This document shows, piece after piece, positions 32,345 to 43,154 of a stretch of 64,000 bases of DNA (position 1 is the first letter of the stretch; each line of letters opens with the position of its first letter). The stretch covers positions 455,807 through 519,806 of the forward strand of contig CAVOMG010000001.1 of assembly GCA_963696985.1 (NCBI GenBank). The letters run 5' to 3'. The stretch comes from an uncultured Thermoplasmata archaeon. GTDB lineage: Archaea; Thermoplasmatota; Thermoplasmata; Lutacidiplasmatales; UBA184. The position numbers were made by a program, and so were the translations under genes. The notes under the pieces are model-generated. The model was not told where the DNA came from. It did not search any database and saw only the letters and a list, made by a program, of their open reading frames with translations.

Positions 32345-34060
32345 ATGTCGGCGAGCCGGACGCTCCCGGGCCGCAGCCCCTCGGAGCGCGCGCCCTCCCG
32401 GTCGCGCGAGGGCCCTGTCGAGGCGGCTCGGAAGCGCTGGGAAGCCGAGGTCGAGCGCCCCGCCCTTGTCCGCGCGCCCGAGCGGCGGAATCCGTTCGAA
32501 TCCCTCGGCGGGATCCCGATCGACCGGCTGTACACCCCGCGCCCGGGCGCACCGAGGGCGGAGGAGTACCCGGGTCAGTACCCGTACACGCGGGGGATCC
32601 ATCCGACGATGTACCGGGGGAGGGTGTGGTCGATGCGGATGTTCTCCGGGTTCGGGACCCCCGAGGACACCAACGCCCGGTTCCGCTACCTCCTCAAGCA
32701 CGGGGAGTCCGGACTCTCGATCGCGTTCGACGACCCGACGCTCTACGGGATCGACGCCGACGACCCGGAGGCGCTCGGCGAGGTCGGGAAGTGCGGGGTG
32801 AACGTCTCCGGTCTCCCGGACATGGAGCGGCTCCTTCGGGGGATCCCGCTCAAGGACGTCACCACGAGCATGACGATCAACGGCCCCGCGAACATCGTCT
32901 GGGGGATGTACCTCCTGACGGCGGAGGCGGGCGGGACGCCCTGGGCCGAGCTCGGCGGCACGACCCAGAACGACATCCTGAAGGAGTACATTGCCCAGAA
33001 GGAGTTCCTCTATCCACCGAAGGCGGCCCTGCGGCTCGTCACCGACACCATCGAGTTCGCGACCCGGTCCACCCCGCGATGGAACCCGGTCTCGATCTCG
33101 GGCTACCACATCCGGGAGGCGGGCTCGACGGCGGTCCAGGAGCTCGCCTTCACGCTCGCCGACGGGATGACGTACGTCGAGGAGGCGATCCGTCGGGGCG
33201 TGCCCGTGGACGCGTTCGCGCCGCGCCTCTCGTTCTTCTTCAACTCCCACAACGACTTCTTCGAGGAGATCGCGAAGTTCCGCGCCGCGCGACGGCTGTG
33301 GGCCGAGACGATGCGCGATCGCTTCCACGCGCGCAAGCCGCGTTCCTTGTGGATGCGCTTCCATACGCAGACCGCCGGGTGCTCCTGCACCGCGCAGCAG
33401 CCCGAGCTCAACATCGTGCGGACGACCGTCCAGGCGCTCGCCGGGGTGCTCGGCGGGACCCAGAGCTTGCACACGAACTCCTACGACGAGGCGATCCAGC
33501 TGCCGTCCGAGGACGCCGTCCGAATCGCCTTGCGGACCCAGCAGATCCTCGCCTGCGAGAGCGGCGTCGCCGAGACGGCGGACCCGTTCGGCGGGAGCTA
33601 CTTTGTCGAGTGGCTCACCGACAAGATGGAGGAGGAGGCCCGACGATACTTCGAGCGCATCGACGAGATGGGGGGCGTGGTCGCCGGGATCGAGCGTGGG
33701 TTCTTCCAACGCGAGATCCAGGAGGCCTCCTTCCGCTACCAACGGGCGGTCGAGGCCGGGACCCAGAAGGTCGTCGGCGTCAACGCCTACACCCTCGACG
33801 TTCCGATCGAGGTCCCCCGGCTCAAGATCTCCGAAGAGGCGCGCCGGCACCAGTCCCGCCGTCTGCGCGCCCTGCGGTCGCGCCGGTCGGCCCGCCGTCA
33901 CGCGGCGGCCCTGGAGGCGCTCGCGAAGGTCGCCCGAACGGAATCCGAGAACACGATGCCGGCCGTCCTCGACGCCCTCCGGGCCCGGGCCACGCTCGGG
34001 GAGATCGTGCACACGTTCCAGTCGGTCTTCGGTACCTATCGAGAGCGCTCGATGTACTGA
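32345..34060 (+). CDS. B12-dependent acyl-CoA mutase large subunit (stand-alone), isobutyryl-CoA-mutase-type active site
   Basis: PYTRGIHPTMY, RMFSGFG, QNDILKEYIAQKE, SGYHIREAG, LHTNSYDEA and DPFGGSY; no B12-binding DxHxxG domain. Confidence 0.93.
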   Translation: MSASRTLPGRSPSERAPSRSREGPVEAARKRWEAEVERPALVRAPERRNPFESLGGIPIDRLYTPRPGAPRAEEYPGQYPYTRGIHPTMYRGRVWSMRMFSGFGTPEDTNARFRYLLKHGESGLSIAFDDPTLYGIDADDPEALGEVGKCGVNVSGLPDMERLLRGIPLKDVTTSMTINGPANIVWGMYLLTAEAGGTPWAELGGTTQNDILKEYIAQKEFLYPPKAALRLVTDTIEFATRSTPRWNPVSISGYHIREAGSTAVQELAFTLADGMTYVEEAIRRGVPVDAFAPRLSFFFNSHNDFFEEIAKFRAARRLWAETMRDRFHARKPRSLWMRFHTQTAGCSCTAQQPELNIVRTTVQALAGVLGGTQSLHTNSYDEAIQLPSEDAVRIALRTQQILACESGVAETADPFGGSYFVEWLTDKMEEEARRYFERIDEMGGVVAGIERGFFQREIQEASFRYQRAVEAGTQKVVGVNAYTLDVPIEVPRLKISEEARRHQSRRLRALRSRRSARRHAAALEALAKVARTESENTMPAVLDALRARATLGEIVHTFQSVFGTYRERSMY

Positions 34061-34076
34061 CCGGTCGGACCTCCTT

Positions 34077-35522
34077 GTGAAGGCCCCCCGATCTTCTCCG
34101 GACGCCGCGGCCGAGCGGTATCGCCCCACCCTCGACGCCCTCTTCGCGCTCCGGCGCTTCGGGATGCGACCCGGGCTCGAAACGATCTCGGGGCTCCTCG
34201 AGGGACTCGGGCACCCGGAGCGGGCGTTCCCTTCGATCCACGTCGCCGGGAGCAAGGGGAAGGGGTCCGCGGCCTCGATGGCGGCCGCGATCCTGAGGTC
34301 GAGCGGTCGACGGGTGGGCCTCTTCACCTCCCCCCATCTCGTCAGCTACCGGGAGCGGATACGGGTCAACGGCCGTCCGATCCCCCGCCGGGCCGTCGTC
34401 GAGGGGGTCGAGCGGATCCTCGTGGTCGGTCTGCGTCTCGTCGACTCGGGTCGGCTCGAACGTCCGGCGACCTTCTTCGAGGTGACGACGGCGCTCGCGT
34501 TCGACTGGTTCCGAGCCCAGGAGGTCGACGACGCCGTGGTGGAGGTCGGCATCGGCGGACGCCTCGACGCGACGAACGTCCTCGACGCCCGGGTCGGGGT
34601 GATCACGACGATCGAGCTCGAGCACACCGAGCTCCTCGGAACGACGATCGCCGAGATCGCCCGGGAGAAGGCCGGCATCCTCCATCGGGGGATGCGCGCG
34701 GTGGTCGGCGAACTGCGGCCCGAGGCGCGCGCGGTCGTCGACCGGACCGCCGATCTCCTCGGGCTGCCGATCTGGCATCTCGGCGAGGAGGTGCGGGCCG
34801 GGGAGCGAATCCTCTCGGAGGAAGGCCAGCGGTTCGATGTGCAGGTCCCGGGAATGGCCTTCGAGGGGATTCATCTCCCGCTGTTCGGCCGATTCCAACC
34901 CGGGAACGCCGCGCTTGCGGTGGCGGCTGTCGAGCGCTACCTGGGGAGCCTCGGCGAGCGCCTTGACCCGGCCGCGGTCCGTCGGGGCCTCGCTTCGGTC
35001 CGATGGCGGGGCCGCCTGGAACCGATCGCCCGACGCCCGGCGACCTACCTCGACGTGGCCCACACCCCGGACAGTGCCCGGGCGGTCGCGGAGAGCCTCG
35101 CCGAGATCCACCCGTTCGTGGACCCTGCCGAAAGCGTGGTCGTCTTCGGCTGCCTCTCGGACAAGCGGGCCGAGCTCCTCTTCGAAGCGCTCGCCCCGAT
35201 CGCTCAGACCATCGTCGTCACCAAGGTCCGATCGGAGCGGTCCGCCGATCCGGCGGATCTCCGCCGGCAGGCGGCCGGCCGATTCCGCCGAGTCGTAGAG
35301 TCGCCCAACGCCGAGACCGCGTTCGCTCTCGCGAAGGCCTCGGTCGGCCCCGATGGGATCCTGCTCGTGGTCGGGTCCGACTACCTCGTCGGGGAGGTCC
35401 TCGAACAGCTCGAGGGGCGCCCGCCCGACGAACCGGACCTTTCCGATCCGGGGATCACCCGAGCGCCCGAGGATTCCGCGCGACCGGCGAACGCCGCCCG
35501 GGCCGGGAGAGCCGACGCTTGA
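34077..35522 (+). CDS. folC: Folylpolyglutamate/dihydrofolate synthase
   Basis: HVAGSKGKGS, FTSPHL, EVGIGGRLDATN, QPGNAALA, WRGRLE and LDVAHT. Confidence 0.92.
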   Translation: MKAPRSSPDAAAERYRPTLDALFALRRFGMRPGLETISGLLEGLGHPERAFPSIHVAGSKGKGSAASMAAAILRSSGRRVGLFTSPHLVSYRERIRVNGRPIPRRAVVEGVERILVVGLRLVDSGRLERPATFFEVTTALAFDWFRAQEVDDAVVEVGIGGRLDATNVLDARVGVITTIELEHTELLGTTIAEIAREKAGILHRGMRAVVGELRPEARAVVDRTADLLGLPIWHLGEEVRAGERILSEEGQRFDVQVPGMAFEGIHLPLFGRFQPGNAALAVAAVERYLGSLGERLDPAAVRRGLASVRWRGRLEPIARRPATYLDVAHTPDSARAVAESLAEIHPFVDPAESVVVFGCLSDKRAELLFEALAPIAQTIVVTKVRSERSADPADLRRQAAGRFRRVVESPNAETAFALAKASVGPDGILLVVGSDYLVGEVLEQLEGRPPDEPDLSDPGITRAPEDSARPANAARAGRADA

Positions 35523-36286
35523 ACCGGACCGGACCGTTCCCCTGGCCGAAGGTCCTCGACAAGCTCGGCCGAACCTACGGGCGCGGGGATTGGCGGGTGC
35601 CCTACCTCCGGGACCATGCCGAGGACCCTTTCCAGGTCCTGATCGGGACGATCCTCTCCCAGCGGACGCGCGATGAGGCGACCGACATCGCTTCGGCCCG
35701 CCTCTTCGCCCGGTACCCGGACGCCCAGCGACTCTCGGCAGCCCGACCTCAGGAGCTCCGCCCGCTGATCCGGAACGTCGGGTTCTACCGGACCAAGGCC
35801 CGGGTCCTGCCGGTGTGCGCCCGCGCGATCCTCGGCCGGTACGGAGGCGTCGTCCCTCGAACGGTCGAGGAGCTCGTCACGCTCCCGGGGGTCGGGCCGA
35901 AGACGGCGAACTGCGTCGTCGTATTCGGCTACGGACTCGAGGGGATGCCGGTCGACACGCACGTCCACCGGATCGCGAACCGGCTCGGGCTCGTCCGCAC
36001 CAAGACCCCGGAGGAGACCGAGGCCGCCCTCCGAAAGGTCGTCCCGCGACGATACTGGATCCCGCTCAACCCGGTGCTCGTCCAGCACGGCCAGAACATC
36101 TGTCGTCCGATCGGACCGAAGTGCGAGCTCTGCCCGATCGTCGACCTCTGCCCGACCGGGATCGCCCAGCTCGCCGGGGGCGCGACCCCACGCCCGGAGG
36201 ACCGGATCCGGCCGAAGCGCCCTCCCGCCCGGCCCGAGGCGGGGCGCGCCCGCCCCCGCCGGCCGCGGTCCCGGACCGCCGGGTAG
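35519..36286 (+). CDS. nth: Endonuclease III (HhH-GPD, 4Fe-4S)
   Basis: TILSQRT, LPGVGPKTA, VDTHVHR and CRPIGPKCELCPIVDLC; TTG start inferred. Confidence 0.93.
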   Translation: MNRTGPFPWPKVLDKLGRTYGRGDWRVPYLRDHAEDPFQVLIGTILSQRTRDEATDIASARLFARYPDAQRLSAARPQELRPLIRNVGFYRTKARVLPVCARAILGRYGGVVPRTVEELVTLPGVGPKTANCVVVFGYGLEGMPVDTHVHRIANRLGLVRTKTPEETEAALRKVVPRRYWIPLNPVLVQHGQNICRPIGPKCELCPIVDLCPTGIAQLAGGATPRPEDRIRPKRPPARPEAGRARPRRPRSRTAG

Positions 36287-36338
36287 CGGACCCAACTCAC
36301 CAAACCCTTTTCCTCCGCGGGCGCTCGGTTCGACGCCG

Positions 36339-38913
36339 ATGGACGAGCAGGAGTACCCGGCTCCAGTTCTTCGCGAGCGCCGGGATGCGGCGCCGGACCT
36401 GCGCCTCGTGCGGCCACGCGTTCTGGTCGCTCGGTGACCACGAGCGCTGCCAGGAGGCCCCGTGCACGCCGTACGCGTTCCTGGGCCACCCCGGTTTTGC
36501 CCGACCGATGGCCCCGCGGGAGATGCGGGAAAGCTTCCTCGGCTTCTTTGAACGCCGCGGTCACCCCCGGATCCGGCGGTACCCCGTGGTCGCCCGGTGG
36601 CGCAACGACGTCTTCTTCACCCAGGCTTCGATCTACGACTTCCAGCCCTGGGTCACGAGCGGGGAGCTCCCGCCACCTGCGAACCCCCTCGCGATCAGCC
36701 AGCCGTGCCTACGGTTCCTCGATCTCGACGAGGTCGGCCGGAGCGGCCGACACTTCACCCTTTTCGAGATGATGGCCCACCACGCGTTCAACCGCCCCGA
36801 CCACCTGGTCTACTTCAAGGACCGGACCGTCGAGCTCTGCCACGAGTTCCTGACGGGCGAGCTCGGGGCCCGCCCGGAGGCGATCACCTACAAGGAGGAG
36901 GAGTGGGAAGGGGGCGGCAACCTCGGCCCTTCGCTCTCCGTTGGGCTCTTGGGCCTCGAGGTAGCGACGCTCGTCTTCATGGAGTACTACCGGGAGGGCG
37001 ACGCGATTCGCCCGATGCCGCTCACGGTGGTCGACACCGGCTACGGGCTCGAGCGGCTCACGTGGCTCTCCCAGGGAACGAAGAACGCCTACGAGGCGGT
37101 CTTCGGCGGACCCTACGAGGAGCTCCGCTCGACGTTCGCGCCTCGGGAGTCCGCGATCCTCATCGACCACGCCCGCGCGCTCAATTTCCTCCTGACCGAC
37201 GGGGTGGTCCCGTCGAACGCCAAGGAAGGGTACTTCTCGCGGCTCCTCGTCCGCCGGATGCTCCGGCTGCTCGCGGGCGTGCCGGAGGCGCCGGCGATCG
37301 GCGCGATCCTCGATCGGGCCGCTCGGGAGATCGCGCGGGACTTCCCGGAGGTCGGCGAGCACCGCGACGACCTCCAGAAGGTCCTTGCGGCGGAGGTCGA
37401 CCGGTACGGGGAGGCCCTCGGTCGCGCGCGCGATCAGATCCGTCGGGTCGAGGCGCGCCGGAAGGAGGAGAACCGCCCGGTGACGGTCGACGACCTTCTG
37501 GTGTGGTACGATTCGCTCGGGGTCGCGCCGGAAGTCGCGATTGCCGAGCTCGGCCAGCCCCTCGAGATCCCCGAGGACTTCTACGCTCAGGTCGCCCGGC
37601 GGCACGAGGCCGAGGCGCGCGCGACCGACTACACGGAGACACCGACGGGACCGCTCGACGTCCCGCCGGATCTCGCGCCCACCGACGTGCGTTACTACCT
37701 CGATCCCTACACGCTCGACTTCGAGGCCCACGTGGTCCACGTGCATGGGCCGGACGTGGTCCTCGACCGCACGTACTTCTATCCGACGGGGGGCGGGCAG
37801 ATCACGGACATCGGCCACCTCGGGGAGGTCCCCGTCGTCGACGTGATCCGGCGCGGCCGCTGGGTCGTCCACCGGCTCGACCGAGCGAGCCCGTTCGCGA
37901 TCGGGGAGCGAGTCCGCGGACGCATCGACGCCCCACGCCGGACCCAGCTGATGCAGCACCACACCGCCACCCACCTGCTGAATGGCGCGCTCCGAGCTGT
38001 CCTGGGTCCCCATGTGTGGCAGGCCGGCGCCCACAAAGCCGTCGACTCGGCCCGCATCGACATCACGCACTTCCGGGCGCTCACCCCCCAGGAGATCCGC
38101 GAGATCGAGCGGCTTGTGAACCGTGTCGTCCGGGAGGATCGCCCGGTGAAGAGCTACTTCGAGCCGCGCACCGAGGCGGAGCGAAGGTTCGGATTCACCC
38201 TCTATCAGGGGGGCGCGGTGCCGGGGAAGGAACTGCGCATCGTCGAGATCGACGGATTCGATGTGGAAGCGTGCGGCGGGACCCACTGCACCCACACGAG
38301 CGAAGTGGGCCTCGTGACCCTCCTCGGCACCGAGCGGATCCAGGACGGCGTCGTCCGGCTCACCTACGCCGCTGGCGAGCGCGCCCTCGATGTCGTCGAC
38401 GGGCGGGCCCAACTCCTCGAAGGCGCCTCCCGGGCGCTCTCCGTCCCGCCGGAGCGGCTGCTCGAGGGGATCGAGCGGCTCCGCGCCGAGGTCGAAGCGG
38501 CCCGGAAGAGGGAGCGAGCGGGGGAGCGGAGAAGCCTTTCTGAAAGGGCGAGCACGCTCCTCGAGGGTCCGGAGACCCAGAAGACGCCACGTGGAACGAC
38601 GGTCACCACGGCCCGGGCCGAGCTCGACCGGGCGGGGCTCATGGAGCTCTCCCGGCTGCTGACGCAGGTCCCCGGACGCGTGGCGATCTTGACCTCCGAG
38701 CAGGGCGGGAAGGGCCTCCTCTTCATCGGATCGAGCGCCCCCGAGGTCCCCGCCGATCAGCTACTCGCGGCGGCCCGTTCGGCGTTCGACGGCCGTGGCG
38801 GTGGGAACCCATCCGCCGCGACGGCGGTGGGCGAGCCGGGCGAGCCCTTGACCCGAGCGGCGGCGGCGGCGCGCACCGCGGCGAGCGGCGGCCCGCCGGG
38901 CGCTTCCCCGTAA
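36339..38913 (+). CDS. alaS: Alanine--tRNA ligase; frameshift ~36356
   Basis: MDEQEY(R)LQFF after removing one C; N-terminal Zn site, FTQASIYDFQP, FEMMAHH, DTGYGLER, HHTATHL, CGGTH and GGRGGG. Confidence 0.96.
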
Positions 38914-39085
38914 CGAGCGGACCCGGCCTGCTCCCCCGCCGGTTCGGAAGCGGGGAATACGCGGCGCCCCCGGGGGCCCGCGCCTAGCAAAGCTTTACCT
39001 CCCTCGAAGTTGAACACCCCACGCAGGGGACCATTCGAATGCCATTGGATCGAGCGGGGTCAAGCCCGCCGGTGGGAGCGCTCTG

Positions 39086-40636
39086 ATGGCCGACGAAGCG
39101 CGCGAGGCGAGGTCGATGGCCGCGGGGGTCCCCGCCGAGGTCCTCTCCTTCCTCTCCGGGAAGGGGGGCCGTTCGCTGATCGTCAAGGGCGGGGCCGGCA
39201 CGGGCAAGACGACGTTCGGTCTCGAGCTCCTCGAGCGGGTCGGAAAGCCCGCCCATTCGTTCTACCTTTCCACGCGGGTCGGGGACGAAGCGCTCTACCG
39301 CCAGTTCCCCTGGCTCAAGTCGACGGAGATGCGGTCCCGCATCCTCGACGCGGGCAAGCTGTTCTTGGACGCCGTCAACGAATCGCCGAAGAACTCGGTC
39401 AAAGAGCTCCCGGAGTCGGAGAAGCGCAAGATCCGAGCCGCGAGGGCGATGATGCGCAGCATCTCAGAGGAACCGGGCTCGCCCACGCGGGTCGATCGGA
39501 CCCACTTGACCGGGCTCGCGAAGCGCAACCCGATGCCCGAGATCGAGAGCATCTACGACCGCATCGAGCGGGCGCTCCCGGAGAAGTCCCTCCTGGTCAT
39601 CGACTCCCTCGAGGGTGTGACCCACAAGTACGGTCTCGAGATGGAGGAGTTCGTCATGGCCCTCCAGAAGGACCTCGTCGAGGGCTCGAACACCGACGTG
39701 GTGATGATCCTCGAGAAGCCCGAGGCGGGCGGGATCGAGTACCTCGTGGATGGGCTCGTCTCCATCCAACGTGAGGAGCTCGACGAGCGCCGGGTCCGCC
39801 ATCTGCGCATCGAGAAGCTCCGGGCCACGAACATCGGCCGCCCCCGCTACGCCGTCACGCTGAGCGACGGTCGGTTCGCCGCCCTCGGCGTCCCGATCGC
39901 GAACGGCACCGCCTCGCCGACGATCTGGCGCCCCGAGGCCGACCCGGAGCGGTACTACTCGACGGGGATCCCCGACTTCGACCGGCTGCTCGACGGGGGA
40001 TTCCGCCGCGGGAGCTTCAACGCCTTCGAGATCGACGTCAACGTCGGCATCGACGACTACTACATGCTGTTCACGCCGACGTTCCTCAACTTCCTCTCCC
40101 AGTCCCGCGGGATCATCGCCGTGCTCGCGGCGGGCGAGTCCTACGAGAAGCTCCGCGACACGCTCGTCCGGCACACCCCGCCCAACGTCTTCGACCAGCG
40201 GGTGCGGATCGTCGACTACACCGCGAGCGAGACCGAGGAGACGTACATCGTCCCGATGGCCCACTACGGCCGGGACGAGGCGATGCAGGCGATGGTCGTC
40301 GCCGAGAAGGCGGCCCGCGGGCCCCAGCAGCGACCGTTCCTCGAGTACACGAGCTTCGACACGCTCGAGAGCCTGATGGGCGACCAGGTGGCGATCCGGA
40401 TGTACTTCCACGGGGTCCGGCGCACGAAGCTCGTGGGCAACCTCGGGATCGGCCTCCTCAAGCCGGGGCTCCTCGTCTCGAGTGAGATCCTCAACATGAT
40501 GGACACGTACTTCCGGATCATCAACATCGACAACGCTCCCTGCATCTACGGGATCCGGCCGAGGACGACCATCTACTCCATCTCGACCGACCCCGAGCTC
40601 GGCGCGCCCCACGCCCGGCTCACGCCGATCGTGTAG
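39086..40636 (+). CDS. GvpD-like / KaiC-like duplicated RecA-fold ATPase
   Basis: GGAGTGKT (Walker A), LLVIDS (Walker B) and IEKLRA. The second domain starts STGIPDFDRLLDGG but its P-loop is degenerate. Confidence 0.8.
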   Translation: MADEAREARSMAAGVPAEVLSFLSGKGGRSLIVKGGAGTGKTTFGLELLERVGKPAHSFYLSTRVGDEALYRQFPWLKSTEMRSRILDAGKLFLDAVNESPKNSVKELPESEKRKIRAARAMMRSISEEPGSPTRVDRTHLTGLAKRNPMPEIESIYDRIERALPEKSLLVIDSLEGVTHKYGLEMEEFVMALQKDLVEGSNTDVVMILEKPEAGGIEYLVDGLVSIQREELDERRVRHLRIEKLRATNIGRPRYAVTLSDGRFAALGVPIANGTASPTIWRPEADPERYYSTGIPDFDRLLDGGFRRGSFNAFEIDVNVGIDDYYMLFTPTFLNFLSQSRGIIAVLAAGESYEKLRDTLVRHTPPNVFDQRVRIVDYTASETEETYIVPMAHYGRDEAMQAMVVAEKAARGPQQRPFLEYTSFDTLESLMGDQVAIRMYFHGVRRTKLVGNLGIGLLKPGLLVSSEILNMMDTYFRIINIDNAPCIYGIRPRTTIYSISTDPELGAPHARLTPIV

Positions 40637-40645
40637 ACCGGCCGC

Positions 40646-41302
40646 TCAGCCACCTAAGCCCGTCAGCGCCGGCATGGCGAGGACGAGCACCGTCAGAACG
40701 GCGCCGGGCACGATCGTCATCGTGAGGTCGTCGTCGAGGTGGCGGGCCCGCAGGCTCTCGACGGCGATCGCGAGGGCCGAAGCGATCACGGCCGCTCCGG
40801 CGGCGAACCCCCAACTCCACCCTCCGATCGCCCGAAAGCACGCGAGCGCGAGGATCGCGTAAACGGCGATCGGGACCGACGGAACCCCCCGCCGGGCCCG
40901 CGCCGAAAGGCGCATCTCCCCGATGAGCGGGTCGACGAACGCCGTGCCGAGCACGACCGCGACGGCGATGGGCATGGGGAAGAGGAGCACGGCCGCCACG
41001 AGGGCGACCGCGAAGTATGCGAAGCTCGCCACGCGATCGCGCTCGAACGTCCGGATGGTGGGGAGGTCGATCCGACCGTAGCGCCGAAGGCCCTCGAGGA
41101 ACAGCACCACGCCGAGCGCGAGCAAGAGGACCGCCACGTTCGGCAGGACCACAAAGAAGCCGGCGGGCACGAGGAAGTAGACGAGGACGACCGCCCCGAG
41201 GCCGTGCAAGCAGCGCCTCCAGATCCGGTCCCCGAGCGCCTCGTCCCCCCCGAGGCTCCGCCCGAGCCACCCCCGGAGCCGGCCGCCGCGATGGAGCCTC
41301 AC
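40646..41302 (-). CDS. Membrane polyprenol/diacylglycerol kinase-like (dolichol-kinase/cytidylyltransferase family) protein
   Basis: RRCLH, multiple TM helices, D.L.GE and ES....LDDDLTM. Confidence 0.7.
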   Translation of the reverse strand: MRLHRGGRLRGWLGRSLGGDEALGDRIWRRCLHGLGAVVLVYFLVPAGFFVVLPNVAVLLLALGVVLFLEGLRRYGRIDLPTIRTFERDRVASFAYFAVALVAAVLLFPMPIAVAVVLGTAFVDPLIGEMRLSARARRGVPSVPIAVYAILALACFRAIGGWSWGFAAGAAVIASALAIAVESLRARHLDDDLTMTIVPGAVLTVLVLAMPALTGLGG

Positions 41303-41385
41303 GGCCCGGCCCGCCCCCGCTCGGACTAATCGGTTTCGCCGCCCGCGCGCAAGGGCTTTTCTCTCCCGGCCGCTCCCGACCCCCG

Positions 41386-41850
41386 ATGAAGGTCACCATC
41401 GTCGTCGGCAGCCGCTCCGACCTCGAGCACGCGGAGAAGGTCCGCGCCCGCCTGACCTCCCTGGGCATCCCCTCGGACGTCCACGTCGCCTCGGCCCACC
41501 GCACCCCCGAACGGGTCGACCGGCTGGCCGCCGACCCCGAGGTCGACGTCTTCGTCGCGATGGCCGGGCTTTCGGCGGCGCTCCCCGGCACGATCGCCGC
41601 CCGGACCCTGAAGCCGGTGATCGGCGTCCCGCTTCACCGAGGACTCGGACTCGACAGCCTCCTTTCGGTCGTCCAGATGCCGCCGGGCGTCCCGGTGGCC
41701 GCGGTGGGGCTCGATGCGTCGGAGAACGCGGCCCTGCTGGCGGCGTCGATCTTGGCGCTCAAGTATCCGGACCTCGAGAAAGCCCTCAGCGCCTATCGGG
41801 CGAAGTGGCGCGAAGAGCCGGCGACGCCCTCCCCGGCCCCTCCCCCATGA
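41386..41850 (+). CDS. purE: AIR carboxylase / N5-CAIR mutase PurE
   Basis: VGSRSD, VASAHRTP, AGLSAALPG, KPVIGVP and VQMPPGVPVA. Confidence 0.95.
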   Translation: MKVTIVVGSRSDLEHAEKVRARLTSLGIPSDVHVASAHRTPERVDRLAADPEVDVFVAMAGLSAALPGTIAARTLKPVIGVPLHRGLGLDSLLSVVQMPPGVPVAAVGLDASENAALLAASILALKYPDLEKALSAYRAKWREEPATPSPAPPP

Positions 41851-42795
41851 AGGACCCGGAGTCGTTCCGAACGGAGGCGATCGCCCGGCTGCGCGCTGAG
41901 GTCCCGGGGAAGGCGCTCGTCGCGGCGAGCGGCGGTATCGACAGCACCGCCGCCGCCGTCCTCGCCCGAGAGGCCCTCGGGGAGCGGGCCCGTGCGCTCT
42001 TCGTCGACACGGGGCTCCTCCGGGAAGGGGAGGTCGATCGGGTCCGGAAGATCTCGGACGCGCTCCAGATCGGGATCGAGGTTCTCCCGGCCGAGGCCCG
42101 CTTCCTCGGTGCGCTCGAAGGGGTCACCGACCCGGAAGAGAAGCGGCGCCGGGTCGGGGCCGTGTTCATCCGGCTCTTCGAGGAGGAGGCCGCCCGAACG
42201 GGGGCGGACCGCCTCGTCCAGGGAACGATCGCTCCGGACTGGATCGAGAGCGGCGGCCAGCTCCGGGACACGATCAAGACCCACCACAACGTGGGCGGCG
42301 TCCCCAAGGATTCGAAGCTCGTCCTCGTCGAGCCGCTCCGGGACCTCTACAAGGACGAGGTCCGGGCGCTCGCCGCCCACCTCGGGATCCCGGACCCCCA
42401 CCGGCAACCGTTCCCGGGACCCGGCCTCGCGGTGCGGGTGATCGGGCCGGTCACCGCTGCCCGGGTGCGCGTCGCCCGGCGGGCGAACGCGATCGTCGAA
42501 GAGGAGGTCGAGCGGGCCGTCGAGGCGGGGACGTTCGCGCGACCTTGGCAGTACTTCGCCGTGCTCCTACCGGTCCGGACTGTCGGGGTCCTCGGGGACA
42601 ATCGGGTCTGGGGCGAGGCGGTCAGCGTGCGCATCGTCGAGTCGATCGACGCCATGACCGCCACCGCCGCCGTCCCGCCGCGTGAGCCTCCTTCGCACGA
42701 TCGCCGAGCGGATCACCCGGGAGCTCTCCGGGACGGTCCCCCGGGTCCTCTACGATATCACGGACAAGCCGCCCGCCACGATCGAATGGGAGTAG
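41847..42795 (+). CDS. guaAB: GMP synthase ATP-pyrophosphatase subunit B; frameshift ~42680
   Basis: [28 protein letters not shown] and [10 protein letters not shown]. The repaired end is [17 protein letters not shown]. Confidence 0.95.
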
Positions 42796-42923
42796 CGCGG
42801 CGCCGCCCGCGCGAGGCCCTGAGCCGTTCACCAACGCGCCGACGCGTTCGCGCCCCCTCCGCCGCCGACCGGCCGTCAAGCCGCGAGCGAAGAGCCTATC
42901 AGGTGCGACGCCCCGTCCGGGCC

Positions 42924-43142
42924 ATGAGCGCCTCGCCGCCCACCGGCCGGACCTTGACGATCCCGGAAGAGGTCGCCGCCGACATCGAGCGGCGGATCCA
43001 GGGGACCGGCTTCGAGTCGGTCGACGCCTTCGTGAGCTTCGTGCTCGCCCGCCTGCTCGAGCGGCACTCCGAGGTCCCGTTCAGCGAAGAGGACGAGCAA
43101 CGGCTCCGCGAGCGGCTCCGCTCGCTCGGGTACATCGACTAA
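42924..43142 (+). CDS. Small CopG/ribbon-helix-helix-like protein
   Basis: TLTIPEEVAADIERRI...FESVDAFVSFVL...LRSLGYID; 72 aa. Confidence 0.8.
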   Translation: MSASPPTGRTLTIPEEVAADIERRIQGTGFESVDAFVSFVLARLLERHSEVPFSEEDEQRLRERLRSLGYID

Positions 43143-43154
43143 AGAAGGTCGAGC

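Noticed and set aside
31073-34327. Very long antisense or alternative-frame ORFs (e.g. 1084 aa at 31073-34327, 839 aa at 31561-34080, 846 aa at 21770-24310)
   Set aside because: Shadow ORFs of real genes caused by stop-codon scarcity at high GC; Arg/Pro/Gly-rich with no motifs.
39010-39085. TTCGAAT upstream of the GvpD-like gene as a hidden or fragmented tRNA
   Set aside because: No T-stem, acceptor or anticodon arms can be built around it.
39086-40636. Gas vesicle or circadian-clock system
   Set aside because: No gvpA/C/N or kaiA/B nearby, and the second ATPase domain is degenerate.
41386-41850. PurE lacking the class I His (AGLSAALPG) as a novel class II enzyme
   Set aside because: To my recollection this variant is common in archaeal PurE, and the class cannot be decided without a genome-wide purK search.
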